64,000 nt of DNA from the IMG/VR virus record IMGVR_UViG_3300012933_000168. One strand, written 5' to 3'. The translations under genes and the position numbers were made by a program. The stretch is from an uncultured virus (IMG/VR IMGVR_UViG_3300012933_000168) (lineage: Duplodnaviria; Heunggongvirae; Uroviricota; Caudoviricetes). The notes beneath the pieces were generated by a model. It was not told the DNA's origin, searched no databases, and worked only from the letters and a program-made list of their open reading frames with translations. Below are positions 37,801 through 45,770 of the stretch, piece by piece (within the stretch, counting starts at the first letter, position 1; each line of letters starts with the position of its first letter).

Positions 37801-37922
37801 AGCAAATGGAGCGCCGCATGATGTCTGATCGTGGGTTCCCCATCGACAAGAAGTACTACCCGTTTGTTGTTGACCTGCTTGGCCCTAGCTCTGCAAAGCT
37901 TGACCGAGAAGCTGCGAAATAA
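31818..37922 (+). CDS. Giant ejection protein with zincin-like HExxH domain
   Basis: 2034 aa, last gene of the virion arm; VLHELLHAA at 34491 and downstream EFLAYG; N-terminal NPF repeats. Confidence 0.85.
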   Translation: MANPFAEFAPAKEEVNPFAEFAPKQEKPEEGNPFAAFAAKPEPKPEDQSFLRSVADVPLKAASGLATGVRLVADAFGAGSGVSNTIKGVEDYIGDLYSAQSKKDSAEISRIMKDAEDKGVGDQVKAAIKAFTVAPIDTVVNALGTSAPAIVAGLGASVLGAGALATTAVGAGVGSVMGAGTIKGSIYDAVKEELQKTEMPEEQIEARAKIAQEYGGKNLDQILMGAGLGAIGATTGFEPAVARQVAKQIATGSVKKQAIATAAKEFAGEAAEGGQEQLAQNIALQREGYDVPTMRGVVGQATLEGLAGAGLGATSGVREGLEARRIAAEKDMPVPSATPTAEEQPTQAAPVEERVVARAKELEAQGYQADDAVKVATRNIADEDAKARAPEVEAAVADVVANPERVAELTSTLQQEFNFSLAEAETTAVELATEEAKEDALAQADTAGEANVGQPIAEAGGVSPELAGQPDQNAPAAGVGEPTAAGMVPAGENVAPTVAGEAVEPTALKDKLVTSIDGKPWTYFKPGAEVVQTRYAGAPAKVIEAIDRPEGGTDYRLEVDVSQHPDGVDDNGERIGTANVLVSDDELNRSNPATQQPQGAQVGTETTEAVQAETQGQEPAPAAEVIEEAPAEEFTPQQIAQELIATEEAKAEEAPAVEVAPVAKPTKASKKAQDKANLKEVEELETRFASVSRPLTDAEIESMRAAREVATGADPKDLTDLVREHRLDKVKAINDILDMRERMKTASPEVKARLNDLINSPNISAQEYKDVVAGRALRAKYSAQLKAAEAPANTAFGKATNGAQALAIVIKTGDGFQKMLAKRILPFVRNVKFVVVEKGNEPDALKTEKGEKFWKNASGLFVQNDATGERTVYVAGDSYGELQGINNITVLHELLHAATNQKLYLGLKAIENGFSSNADLTKAVRELQDVMHRVQDYVMDNRGQLPPAVLEIIRNTNGMVITDLREFLAYGMSDPDFQEFMMNVQGVEEDVSFFSRFVAAIREFFKMGEDTTNALTDLIVSTDRLLSAQKDARMRFLEAGDKALAQRGEAELKMSQQTITKSTQKKVDKLTKSSFADNLRDGFPALAALRGQTPIADELNLRAGDFKLKALQQLLPSLQTETLVQWATRIDAGGGQRGIPGIAESWQATGDMVAMRTKFTNAMGKINDKLSEVSAKAPDQYKQLADVMHLSTLLSKDPATNKTNPALNRMWDGLTDANKALYEDIRDFYKNSHELYHSLLDEQLEASTLPQEAKSKLMASIKKMYEDGKKLYPYFPLMRYGQFWVRVGKGKEGEFHMFESSLDRDRFVLERVRQMNESGDTRSKAEMMKDLDIDEGNDLTSARRRDDSASDMLKQIFNTIDASKKDGDVKSEALKDEIYQLYLQTLPDRNFRRQYLKRQGKAGFSGDIQRNFINMGTNTAAQLARIKYGPTIMGQLERAEASLVGNPDKARLGEFVSEMRIRAEQQVRPDPENGVGFELAKLANTSAFLWMMTSVKTMATQFTSIPIFVAPVLASKHGTAKTAAALGKALNVFNGIGIVGKDGKYTPPSMENLKGLTADEKAAMQYMVDRGLSDNTMAFELGNRRDMSTAAYNNPVRAGMRQVSNAMTAMFHHAERLIREVTFITSYRLNREKLGNTPGAHEKALRLAEAESHEALNNYHGSNRPRGILANKQREVMLDAHKPLGRAVLQFKMYPAFVTTYFVRNFYRMTNRMEDPQVRKEARIQFLGSLGMSMSLAGYIGIPGISFAMGIIQGLLNGLRGDDDDDELEGRDLEFWIRNKWMPETFGNVKIGGKGLDEILDRGVVAALTGYDITSSLSMNNMWFPEQKEQATAVGEMQSFLLSLAGPGASLATTQIPKAIDYFNQGKILQGMEQLSPALFRGGLTAVRYGQEGATTSSGAVIKEPNEFTAGQLLAQSAGFVTDGLQAKREAIFKLQGEIMKVKQERTKILDRLDLEINKGSDEDVEKAFEKVYKFNSRNPMDAIDNDNIRQSLKKQMERRMMSDRGFPIDKKYYPFVVDLLGPSSAKLDREAAK
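33169..33342 (+). CDS. Candidate overprinted 57-aa ORF inside the giant gene
   Basis: AGGAG 6 nt before ATG; MLDNLSPKQVESALSWLD..WFLLERMLHLLLQEKRSSPLH; host frame here is a low-complexity linker. Confidence 0.5.
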   Translation: MLDNLSPKQVESALSWLDSPIKTPPPQELESLQPLEWFLLERMLHLLLQEKRSSPLH

Positions 37923-37945
37923 AAAAGCCCCGCACTAGGCGGGGC
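37921..37945 (-). terminator. Terminator at the convergence of the two arms
   Basis: GCCCCGC-4 nt-G(T/C)GGGGC stem; T run on the minus strand. Confidence 0.75.
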
Positions 37946-37981
37946 AACAGAGGAGTCAGCAACTAACATTGTTAGTCTACG

Positions 37982-38176
37982 TCAGGTTCTCCAGACGCGC
38001 AATCCTTTGATTCCATCTTCTATGGTTACTTTCGTAATCACAGTGATCTTTAACCTCCGGGTTATCTGCGCGATGGTTTTTCTGGCTTCTTTGTGGTCGA
38101 TGCAGGGCACAAAGAAACTGTGCCCCTTTCGGAATTTCCCCCAGTTAAGCCGGTACGTTACCGTCTCGATCTTCAT
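37982..38176 (-). CDS. Small protein downstream of primase
   Basis: SFFVPC..GLRVWR motif. Confidence 0.7.
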   Translation of the reverse strand: MKIETVTYRLNWGKFRKGHSFFVPCIDHKEARKTIAQITRRLKITVITKVTIEDGIKGLRVWRT

Positions 38177-40997
38177 CAGTCAGCGCGTCCAGTGGCACGA
38201 GGTTGTCGAAGTTCTTGGTGTTGAAGTGCAATGCGCGCACGGCTGGGGACACCATTTTCATGCCCTTTGACATACGCTTGTTGACGGCTTCGATGAACAC
38301 ACCTTCACTAGTCAGCTGCTTAATTGCATCACGGTAGTGGATTTGGAACTTCACGCAGTAGTCTTTGAACGCCTTGGCCGCAATAAACAGGTCGCCCGTG
38401 TCGGGTTCAAACCGCATGAGCAGTTCGCCCTTCGGCTCAGACAGTGGCAGTGCTTCCATATTCGTGCGCTTATCCACCGCTCCGTTCACAACCAAGGCGT
38501 TGTTCATGTGGGAGTTGATGAAGTCGCCGAGCATGATGGTTGGGTTAGAAGCAGGTGGGGTCACTTCCTCACGCATATCCGCCAGCATACCGAGCAGCCA
38601 CTTGTAGATGGCCTTCATGTCATAGTCGTGCAAGCCGAGCTCTTGGGAAATCAAACCACCAGCAATGTTGATGGCAGCGGCGGCTGACCAGAAGCGCTCC
38701 CGTGCGGTGAACTTAACTTCTTTGTCGATACGGGCTTGGATGCTACGGACCAAGTTGGTGGCCTCTTCCAAGTTGTTGACCAACCACTGAGCATAAATGT
38801 CACCGGCGTGGCCGTAGTTCTCAAGCATCTGATGGTCAAACATGTGCTTGCCTTCTTCGACGCTGATGATCGTTGTCGGCTCAATCTTGTACTCAAGCAG
38901 ACGCATGGATTCGCCGTCGGGTGAGTTCTTTGCCGCGCCGAGTTTCTCGTAGAAGCTGGCATTGGACGATGCCAAGGTCATGTTGTTCCACTTGGTGTGG
39001 TTGGCGCGCAGTTCGTTGGTTTGCGACTTAGCGCGGTCCTTGCCTCGGCCTTGGGAGATGCTGTAAGCCAAGTCAGAGAACTCCATGGGGCTGGTGTTCG
39101 TAATCTCGTCGATGGTGTTGGGCAAGTTGTTGTGCACACCGAGACGCATCATCTTGGCATTGAGCGTGTCCTTCCACATGGACGACAACTCTTTGGGGTG
39201 GCCCCAGACACTGTTGCACATGAACAACGCTGTCGACTTACCTGAGCCTGACGACTTGTGGATGACGTTGATGATCGCGCCGCTTAAGCCCGTGAACTTC
39301 AACAATGGGGAGCCGAAAGCTGTCAGTGCTGCAAACGCATGGGGCTCAAGGCCGGGCCGTGCGTACATATTGAACACTTCTTTCCACTTCTCGAACGAAC
39401 CCGTCGGCACCATCTTCTCGGCGAACGAACGGGTAATGGCTGACGGTGGGCTGTAAAACACCCCGTCCTTTGTAATCTCGCGGTCGCCGACAATGAACTT
39501 GCTGTCGTTGTCCACCCAACCAAATTGTGTGCGCATAACTTCTGCCTTCCTCACATACTGTAAATTTTTCATGAAGGCCACGACGAAGATCGCCAGCAGC
39601 TCATGTTGTTTTTGTGTTGCCATCACACCGTGGTGTGACAGTTGTTTGCGTAGCTCATCCTTTGCAGAAATCGCTGTCGCGGGTATCGAGAACTCCTTCA
39701 CTCCGTCGTGCGGCAGGTGCAGTCGGAACAGAGCCACTTCGCCCATCTCAGGGTCTTTCATCCGCTTGACCACGTACAGGTCATGCTCGTACACCAGCAC
39801 GGGTTGGTCCTCATCGGTCTCCCCTTTGCGCCAGATACCGCCGTCCTTGCCACGTACAAAAGGAAACGGATACTCAGGAATACGGTAGCTTGTGGCTTCT
39901 CCATCTTCCTCTGTCGGTTCTTGCTCGACGACGTACTCACCGTCTTCGACTTCAGCTACGGCAATCTCCATGCCGAGCACGATTGGGGATTTGATCTTGC
40001 CTTTGTGTGGGCACCCTGCGCAGCCAGTCGGGTTGATCTTCTCGAAAGTCAGGCAGTGATGTGGGCCACCGTTGGCTACCAACTCGGCTACCTTCTTATC
40101 TACCTCGGAAGGGTTGTAGGCTGGGTACTGGCTGGACATCATGTGGGCGGCTTTGTCTTTGTCCACGCAGAACGCGGTAATTGACAGGGCCGAGCGCCAC
40201 AGGGGTTCCTCGATGGTGTCTTGGTTTTGGTAGCAGTAGTTCAGCTGTGCGCAGCCGTTCTCTGCCTTCATCATGATGTTCTTGAACCGCTTCACCTTGT
40301 TACCCATCAAGGCTTCCATCATTGGGCTGATGGACGGTAAGAAGTCAGGTTTGTCGTCAACTGGGTCGGCAGCGCCGAGCAGCTCTTTCCATTGGTCGTA
40401 CGTCAGGGTCTGCGTGTTCTCATTGAGAACAGTGACTTCCATCGGTTCGGCTTGCTTGAAGTTAAATGTGCCGGGGATGCGCAGTACCCGTGCTGCTTCG
40501 AATACGGAGGAATCCACAATAAGTCCATGCTCAACGCACAGCTCACGTAGACGGTTTGCGAGGGGGAGCCAGTCGCGGCGCTCAACTGTTTCTTCAATCA
40601 ACCAGTAGGCGTGAACGCCATAACCTGAGCTGACCATGATTGGGCGGGGCATACCTGCGGCGATGCAGAACTTCTTCAGTTCATCCAAGCCGATTTGCTG
40701 CGTGAGATACCCTTGAATGATGCCCTTGTCGTTAGGCACACCCTTTGTTGGGCCGCAGTCAATATCCATCCACAGTGCGCGGAAGTACATGGCGTTGTCT
40801 GCTGTGCGCTTATTTAGGGGGCCGTACTTGGCGCATCCGAAATACACATCAAACTTGTTGTCCACCAGTGTCTGAGCCTGTGCCTCTACTTCTTCTCTCG
40901 TATCGAAAAACTTTTGGTCTGGGTACCGTCCAAGCCCGAGCACACAATACCGGCCATCGGTGGGCAGTACGGTGTCGAGAAGGTCGAAGTTAGACAT
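38145..40997 (-). CDS. Primase-helicase (AEP-like N-terminus plus DUF927-type helicase)
   Basis: LWMDIDCG, SSGYGVHAYW, RVLRIPGT; Cys cluster; Walker A SGSGKST, IDEIT. Confidence 0.85.
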   Translation of the reverse strand: MSNFDLLDTVLPTDGRYCVLGLGRYPDQKFFDTREEVEAQAQTLVDNKFDVYFGCAKYGPLNKRTADNAMYFRALWMDIDCGPTKGVPNDKGIIQGYLTQQIGLDELKKFCIAAGMPRPIMVSSGYGVHAYWLIEETVERRDWLPLANRLRELCVEHGLIVDSSVFEAARVLRIPGTFNFKQAEPMEVTVLNENTQTLTYDQWKELLGAADPVDDKPDFLPSISPMMEALMGNKVKRFKNIMMKAENGCAQLNYCYQNQDTIEEPLWRSALSITAFCVDKDKAAHMMSSQYPAYNPSEVDKKVAELVANGGPHHCLTFEKINPTGCAGCPHKGKIKSPIVLGMEIAVAEVEDGEYVVEQEPTEEDGEATSYRIPEYPFPFVRGKDGGIWRKGETDEDQPVLVYEHDLYVVKRMKDPEMGEVALFRLHLPHDGVKEFSIPATAISAKDELRKQLSHHGVMATQKQHELLAIFVVAFMKNLQYVRKAEVMRTQFGWVDNDSKFIVGDREITKDGVFYSPPSAITRSFAEKMVPTGSFEKWKEVFNMYARPGLEPHAFAALTAFGSPLLKFTGLSGAIINVIHKSSGSGKSTALFMCNSVWGHPKELSSMWKDTLNAKMMRLGVHNNLPNTIDEITNTSPMEFSDLAYSISQGRGKDRAKSQTNELRANHTKWNNMTLASSNASFYEKLGAAKNSPDGESMRLLEYKIEPTTIISVEEGKHMFDHQMLENYGHAGDIYAQWLVNNLEEATNLVRSIQARIDKEVKFTARERFWSAAAAINIAGGLISQELGLHDYDMKAIYKWLLGMLADMREEVTPPASNPTIMLGDFINSHMNNALVVNGAVDKRTNMEALPLSEPKGELLMRFEPDTGDLFIAAKAFKDYCVKFQIHYRDAIKQLTSEGVFIEAVNKRMSKGMKMVSPAVRALHFNTKNFDNLVPLDALTDEDRDGNVPA

Positions 40998-41054
40998 ATT
41001 GATTTTCTTTTAGGGACGGCAAAGCTGGGGCCGAAGCCCCAACAGTGCACGGAT

Positions 41055-41294
41055 TTACTTTTTTGCCTTGAGGCGCGGGAGCAAACGCTCAATTTGTTCG
41101 CAGTGGTGTCGGGTCGGGAGCGTAGTGCCCCAGAACCAGTTGTAGATGGTCGCTCGACTCACATCAAGACGACCAGCTATCTCACTCACAGGAATGTTGA
41201 GTTGGATGCAAGTGCGGCCAAGGACGACGCCCCATGACTTGTCATCAGCCGCTTTGTTGGCTTCGACCAGTTGGTAGCTGTATCCGTAGCTCAT
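41055..41294 (-). CDS. Cro/XRE-like helix-turn-helix protein
   Basis: VSEIAGRLDVSRATIYNWFWG. Confidence 0.8.
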   Translation of the reverse strand: MSYGYSYQLVEANKAADDKSWGVVLGRTCIQLNIPVSEIAGRLDVSRATIYNWFWGTTLPTRHHCEQIERLLPRLKAKK

Positions 41295-41297
41295 TGC

Positions 41298-42197
41298 TTA
41301 CTCCTCGTCAGACCAAGCTTTGACCACGTCGTCCAAACCCTTTTTGGCGGTTGGAGCAGGGGCGGCAGCTTTGGCGCTTTCGCGTTTGACTGGCTCGGCA
41401 ACGTCCTCGGCCACAGGTGCGGCGGCTTTAGGAGCAGGTGCAGCCAATGCAGGGGCACGGCCCGACACGTCAGCTTGGTAAGGAGTCATCGTCACCATCT
41501 TTTGAACTTCGGGCTTCTTAGCCACTTCGCTCGTCACTGCGTACTCTTGCTTGTTGATGAAACGCGCAGGTGTGAACAGGATAGATTGGTTGTCGTTGTT
41601 CTCGTTGAAGCTGAGTTCAGTCACCACGTAGTCCAAGCTCTTGCCGTTGTTGGCCAAGTACTTGGTGTAGTTCTCAAACGTGTGTGAGTTGTCACCGTTG
41701 CCGTCGCCGAAGAGAGACTTCGATGCCAAGTTCAGTTGGTAGACTTCGCCTTCCAAAGAAGTACCAAAATCTTCCACCAAGTTCACAGCAATGCGGCGGC
41801 TGTAACGGCAAGCCTTCGATGTACCTTGACCCGAACCTTTGATGTTCTGAGCGCAGGTGTCGCAACGGCTAGCTTGAGGTGCGGTAGAACCAGCATCAGG
41901 CGCATTGCCATCGTTAGAGAAGCAGTCAGGTGCCGAAGGGTCAGCATCAGGTGTCCATGCCTTCGCGTAGAAGATACGACCGACTTTGGGGGAAGCGTTC
42001 ACGATGACAACTTCGAGGTTGCCCTTGACCTTGCCCATCTCTTCGCCGCCGACCATCTTACGGAAGATACCGTTCTTAGGCACGATGCGCTTAACGCCAG
42101 TCTTGCCAGCGAGTTGTTTGGTGAGGTCACTGACGCCAGCGGTTTGCAGGAAGTCAGGCAGGTCTTGGTTCAAAAGTGCGATGTTACTCATTTTCAT
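41298..42197 (-). CDS. Putative single-stranded DNA-binding protein
   Basis: Zn motif CDTC..N..GS..KAC; Ala/Pro linker; acidic WSDEE tail; replication module. Confidence 0.7.
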   Translation of the reverse strand: MKMSNIALLNQDLPDFLQTAGVSDLTKQLAGKTGVKRIVPKNGIFRKMVGGEEMGKVKGNLEVVIVNASPKVGRIFYAKAWTPDADPSAPDCFSNDGNAPDAGSTAPQASRCDTCAQNIKGSGQGTSKACRYSRRIAVNLVEDFGTSLEGEVYQLNLASKSLFGDGNGDNSHTFENYTKYLANNGKSLDYVVTELSFNENNDNQSILFTPARFINKQEYAVTSEVAKKPEVQKMVTMTPYQADVSGRAPALAAPAPKAAAPVAEDVAEPVKRESAKAAAPAPTAKKGLDDVVKAWSDEE

Positions 42198-42206
42198 TTA
42201 CTCCGA

Positions 42207-42626
42207 TTAGTTCTTTGCGCGTCGTACGACGATTGTGTATTCATTCTCAACATTCAAGCCCATCGGCATAACGTCAGGGTTCTCGTTGAGAAAGTCCTTC
42301 ATGTTGGTTTGGTGCAGTCGCTTCTCAAGCAAACCGAAAGCGCCATGCTCCTTGATGAAGTTGTACATAGAGTCCCAGTCGCCAGTCCAGTACTTTGACT
42401 TGACCGAACGAATGATCGTTCCATGTGGGGTCTTGATGCTGTCAGCACCGAGTTCTTTGCATGAGTCGAGCATCTGCTCGGCCAGCATCTTCTGTTGCTC
42501 TTCGAGGTCTTTGTCCACGTTCTCAAACTCACGTTTGTTCTCGGCGCGGGTATCTCGAATCTTCAAATAAATTGAAGTCAGCTGATCTAGGTCTGGCCGT
42601 GTGGCCACTTCATTTTCTTCACTCAT
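42207..42626 (-). CDS. Conserved replication-module protein
   Basis: Coiled coil, then KTPHGT..DWD..LLEKR. Confidence 0.75.
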   Translation of the reverse strand: MSEENEVATRPDLDQLTSIYLKIRDTRAENKREFENVDKDLEEQQKMLAEQMLDSCKELGADSIKTPHGTIIRSVKSKYWTGDWDSMYNFIKEHGAFGLLEKRLHQTNMKDFLNENPDVMPMGLNVENEYTIVVRRAKN

Positions 42627-42655
42627 CTAACACTCCGTTGGTTGAAAGAAAACCG

Positions 42656-42683
42656 ACTATAACATAACTTTAGACATTGTCAA
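42656..42683 (-). promoter_or_regulatory. Sigma70-type promoter with palindrome-like -35
   Basis: TTGACA-16 nt-TATAGT with TGn extension; TAGACATTGTCAA at 42671-42683. Confidence 0.65.
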
Positions 42684-44067
42684 GCTCTGTCGAAGAAATT
42701 TCTTGTCGGTACAAATCAATGATTTGTTGGTGGTTGGTTACGTTCCCCCGAAGCATCGCGTAAACGCGGCGTTCGGTTTGGCTCCCGCAGATGTGCACGA
42801 TAGTCATTGGGTTGACTTGACCGGGGCGGTCAATACGTGCGTTGGCCTGAAGATAAGTCTCCACGCTGGTACAGGGAGCGTACCAAATAATTGTGTCAGC
42901 CGCCGTAAGGGTAAGCCCATGCGATGCAGCTTGTGGCTGGATGATGAGAACCTTCGTAGTCGGCTGGGTTTGAAAGTCGGTAACAATTTGACTGCGTCGG
43001 TTCACTGGCACTGCGCCGTTAATCACGTCACACGTTATGCCGTTCTTAGTCAGATGCTTTTGGAGCATCTCAATCGTGTGGGTGAAGGGCACGAACACCA
43101 GCACTTTGTTACTGCTCTCGTCAATGACTTCCTGCACCACGTTCATGCGGTTGGACACATCAAACTCAAGCACCTCGCCAGTGTCGGTGTAGACCGAACC
43201 ACAAGAAATCTGAAGCAGCTTGCTCATCTTCGTAGCGGCGTTCACTGCGGAAACCTCTTCGCCCGCTGCCTCTAACAACATCTCCTTCTTGAGAATACCG
43301 TAGTACTTCGCTTGCTGCGGAGTCAATGGCGCATCACGGTCGATGAACGTCAGGGGCGGCAAGTCGATGCAGTCCTTCTTCACGAAACGAATCGCTGGTT
43401 GCAGGATGCTGTGCACCGTGTGCTTGGCAGTCGGCTTCGGAATCCACTTGAACTTGGTGAGTTGCGTCATGACCATGTCCTTGTACTGCCCGTGGAACAT
43501 AGGTACGCCCGTTGGGTTAATCAGTTTGGCCAAGCCATACGCATCGAGTGGGGACTGCGCCGCTGGCGTACCTGTCAACATCCACAAGCCTTTGACGGTT
43601 TTGTTAATGTCGCGCAGAGTTTTCCAGCGGGTTGTCTGTGCGTTCTTATACGCAGATGCCTCGTCAACAACAATGAGGTCGAACCCACCGTTGATGACTT
43701 CGTTCTTCACAATCTCGACACCGTCAAAGTTGATGATGACGAACTCGGCTCCAGCTTCGATGATTTCTTTACGCTTGCGCGCACTGCCGTGGGCTACTGC
43801 TACTGTGCGATGCAAAGCAAACTTGAAAAGGTCTTGCTGCCAAGCCGACTTCATGATCGACAACGGGCAAATCACTAACACTCTCTTCACTATCTTTCGC
43901 TGCATCAAATAGTCCACCGCCCAAATCACCGACGCTGTCTTACCTGTACCCTGCTCGTTGAAGCAGAACGCCTTGCGGTTGGTAGTCAGGAACTTCGCTG
44001 TTTCTTTTTGGTGGTTGAATGGCTCGAACCCGAAAGGGCGCGGCCACTCGTATTTCTCTAGGCTCAT
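42670..44067 (-). CDS. SNF2-family helicase
   Basis: EQGTGKT, VVDEAS, LTGTP, HGLTLT, QANARIDRPGQ. Confidence 0.92.
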   Translation of the reverse strand: MSLEKYEWPRPFGFEPFNHQKETAKFLTTNRKAFCFNEQGTGKTASVIWAVDYLMQRKIVKRVLVICPLSIMKSAWQQDLFKFALHRTVAVAHGSARKRKEIIEAGAEFVIINFDGVEIVKNEVINGGFDLIVVDEASAYKNAQTTRWKTLRDINKTVKGLWMLTGTPAAQSPLDAYGLAKLINPTGVPMFHGQYKDMVMTQLTKFKWIPKPTAKHTVHSILQPAIRFVKKDCIDLPPLTFIDRDAPLTPQQAKYYGILKKEMLLEAAGEEVSAVNAATKMSKLLQISCGSVYTDTGEVLEFDVSNRMNVVQEVIDESSNKVLVFVPFTHTIEMLQKHLTKNGITCDVINGAVPVNRRSQIVTDFQTQPTTKVLIIQPQAASHGLTLTAADTIIWYAPCTSVETYLQANARIDRPGQVNPMTIVHICGSQTERRVYAMLRGNVTNHQQIIDLYRQEISSTELDNV

Positions 44068-44378
44068 TTTTTCTTACGTTCTTTTGTGCTGGTCTCTGTC
44101 ACCAGCTTGTGTTGTGAATTGCGTTTGAACGAACGGTTCTTAGCCGCCGACTCCAAGCGCACACCGTCTTTGTTCGTGCCACCCTTGGACAACGCCTTGA
44201 CGTGAGCCACGTCTTTGCCTTCTCGCTTATCTGCAATGCCGTTGCCGTTCTTGTCGGCGCTCTTCTTGTCGATAGCTTCACGGGCACGTTGGCGCTCCAT
44301 GCGGTCAGGCAATTCGCCACGGGCGACTTGCTGTTGATATTCTTTTTTATAGGGACGGGGTTTGTTCACGTACGGCAT
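44064..44378 (-). CDS. HNH-like small basic protein
   Basis: GKDVAHVKALSKGG..NRS. Confidence 0.65.
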   Translation of the reverse strand: MPYVNKPRPYKKEYQQQVARGELPDRMERQRAREAIDKKSADKNGNGIADKREGKDVAHVKALSKGGTNKDGVRLESAAKNRSFKRNSQHKLVTETSTKERKKK

Positions 44379-44673
44379 CGAGTTCTTTTCCTATGATGTG
44401 GTGGCTGTCAATAGATTCTCGCGTCAAGCCAAACTCCTCGGGGGTTGCTTCCCAAAGCGGCTTGCGCCCCTCATTTTCGATCAAACGCAGGTGTTTGCCA
44501 ATCGTGACGCTGATCTCCATCAGCATGGCTTCTTTCTGCTTTGCAAACTGCTCCCGCATCTCTTCACGCACAATGTCTTGCACGATGCGTACGGCTACTT
44601 CTTTCACGCGGCGCTTCAGCTCGTTCTCAAGAATCAGGGCTGTGTCGGTCTGCTCGTTAGTCATTTCGTTCAT
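44347..44673 (-). CDS. Hypothetical protein
   Basis: ATGA-coupled; helical. Confidence 0.6.
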   Translation of the reverse strand: MNEMTNEQTDTALILENELKRRVKEVAVRIVQDIVREEMREQFAKQKEAMLMEISVTIGKHLRLIENEGRKPLWEATPEEFGLTRESIDSHHIIGKELDAVREQTPSL

Positions 44674-44879
44674 TGTTTGTTCCATTGGTTTTGAATAACC
44701 ATCTTTACGTTTTCTTTGAAAGCGTACCCAGTCAAAAGTGGCACTGCAATTTGCGTGTGCAGGGGGCTTCCGTAGTTCATAAGCTCTTTGTAGATCGTGT
44801 CCACAATCAACTGCCTCACATCTAGTTGCAACTTCATATACGCCGCAGCTTGGTCGTCACTTGTAACTTCATCCATCAT
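44670..44879 (-). CDS. Hypothetical protein
   Basis: AGGAG RBS; TAATG coupling. Confidence 0.65.
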   Translation of the reverse strand: MMDEVTSDDQAAAYMKLQLDVRQLIVDTIYKELMNYGSPLHTQIAVPLLTGYAFKENVKMVIQNQWNKQ

Positions 44880-45550
44880 TAACTCCTGTTATGTTCACAC
44901 TGTTTCACTGCACAAAATCGGCATAAGGGGCCAGTCACGGGATTCCACACACCGTTCTCTAACGCTGCTTCGATTCGCGCAACATCTTGGGTGGGTTTCT
45001 CCATGTACTTGGCCACCATCTCGGCATGGTGCGTAGCCTTGACGAACTCCTTGCTCACCACGAACAGCAGTGCTGACTTGATGCGCTTGATATTGGGGTA
45101 CTTCTTGAAGATGGCTGTGGCCACCAAGTCCAACTGTTTCACGTCGGCATAACGGGCAGACTTGCTAGTTTTGTAGTCAACCGACCACGCCAACTCCTTC
45201 TCCTCGTCCAAGATGACCAAGTCGGCAATACCACGCCACCATGCCTCGGGTGCGTCAAACGCGCATGGCTCTAGGTCTTTGGTCAGGCCCAGCTCTTCCT
45301 CGCAAAGTTTGATCCCGGGGATAGCAGCTAGAGCGTCTAGCGTATCTCTAAGATATTCAAAGGCCGGTGGAATATCTACGCCGTCACGGATGTACTCCTC
45401 CGCCACAGTGTGAGCCGACTTACCGTACAGCGTTGCCGTGGTGTCGGGCTCTTTCACATCCTTGGCTACCTTGGTGTGGTAGTACTTCTTCGGGCATTGT
45501 TGAAATGTCTTCAGGCTACTGAATGACCACTTAATTGATTGGGTTTGCAT
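44879..45550 (-). CDS. PD-(D/E)XK Cas4/RecB-like exonuclease
   Basis: WSFSSL..CP; GIADL; VDYKT; QL; CRFC..C cysteines. Confidence 0.88.
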   Translation of the reverse strand: MQTQSIKWSFSSLKTFQQCPKKYYHTKVAKDVKEPDTTATLYGKSAHTVAEEYIRDGVDIPPAFEYLRDTLDALAAIPGIKLCEEELGLTKDLEPCAFDAPEAWWRGIADLVILDEEKELAWSVDYKTSKSARYADVKQLDLVATAIFKKYPNIKRIKSALLFVVSKEFVKATHHAEMVAKYMEKPTQDVARIEAALENGVWNPVTGPLCRFCAVKQCEHNRS

Positions 45551-45770
45551 TTTTCTCTTTCAGTTTATTTACGATTGCCTCGACAAAATTGTTGACACCT
45601 TCAACCACCAAGTATTCTTGACCCGTGTATTGTTCGTATTCTTTATCCGCTGACAAAAGCCATTTACATCCTTCAATGTCTTCGTCTGTTAACCCCACCC
45701 ACTCACCTTTGCCGCACTCGGGGCAGTACTCTTTAGCAATCTCCATAACTCTCTCCATATCCTGATTCAC
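45531..45770 (-). CDS. Small hypothetical protein (EWVGLTDE motif)
   Basis: WVGLTDEDI..KLKEKN pattern common in proteobacterial phages. Confidence 0.55.
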   Translation of the reverse strand: MNQDMERVMEIAKEYCPECGKGEWVGLTDEDIEGCKWLLSADKEYEQYTGQEYLVVEGVNNFVEAIVNKLKEKNANPIN

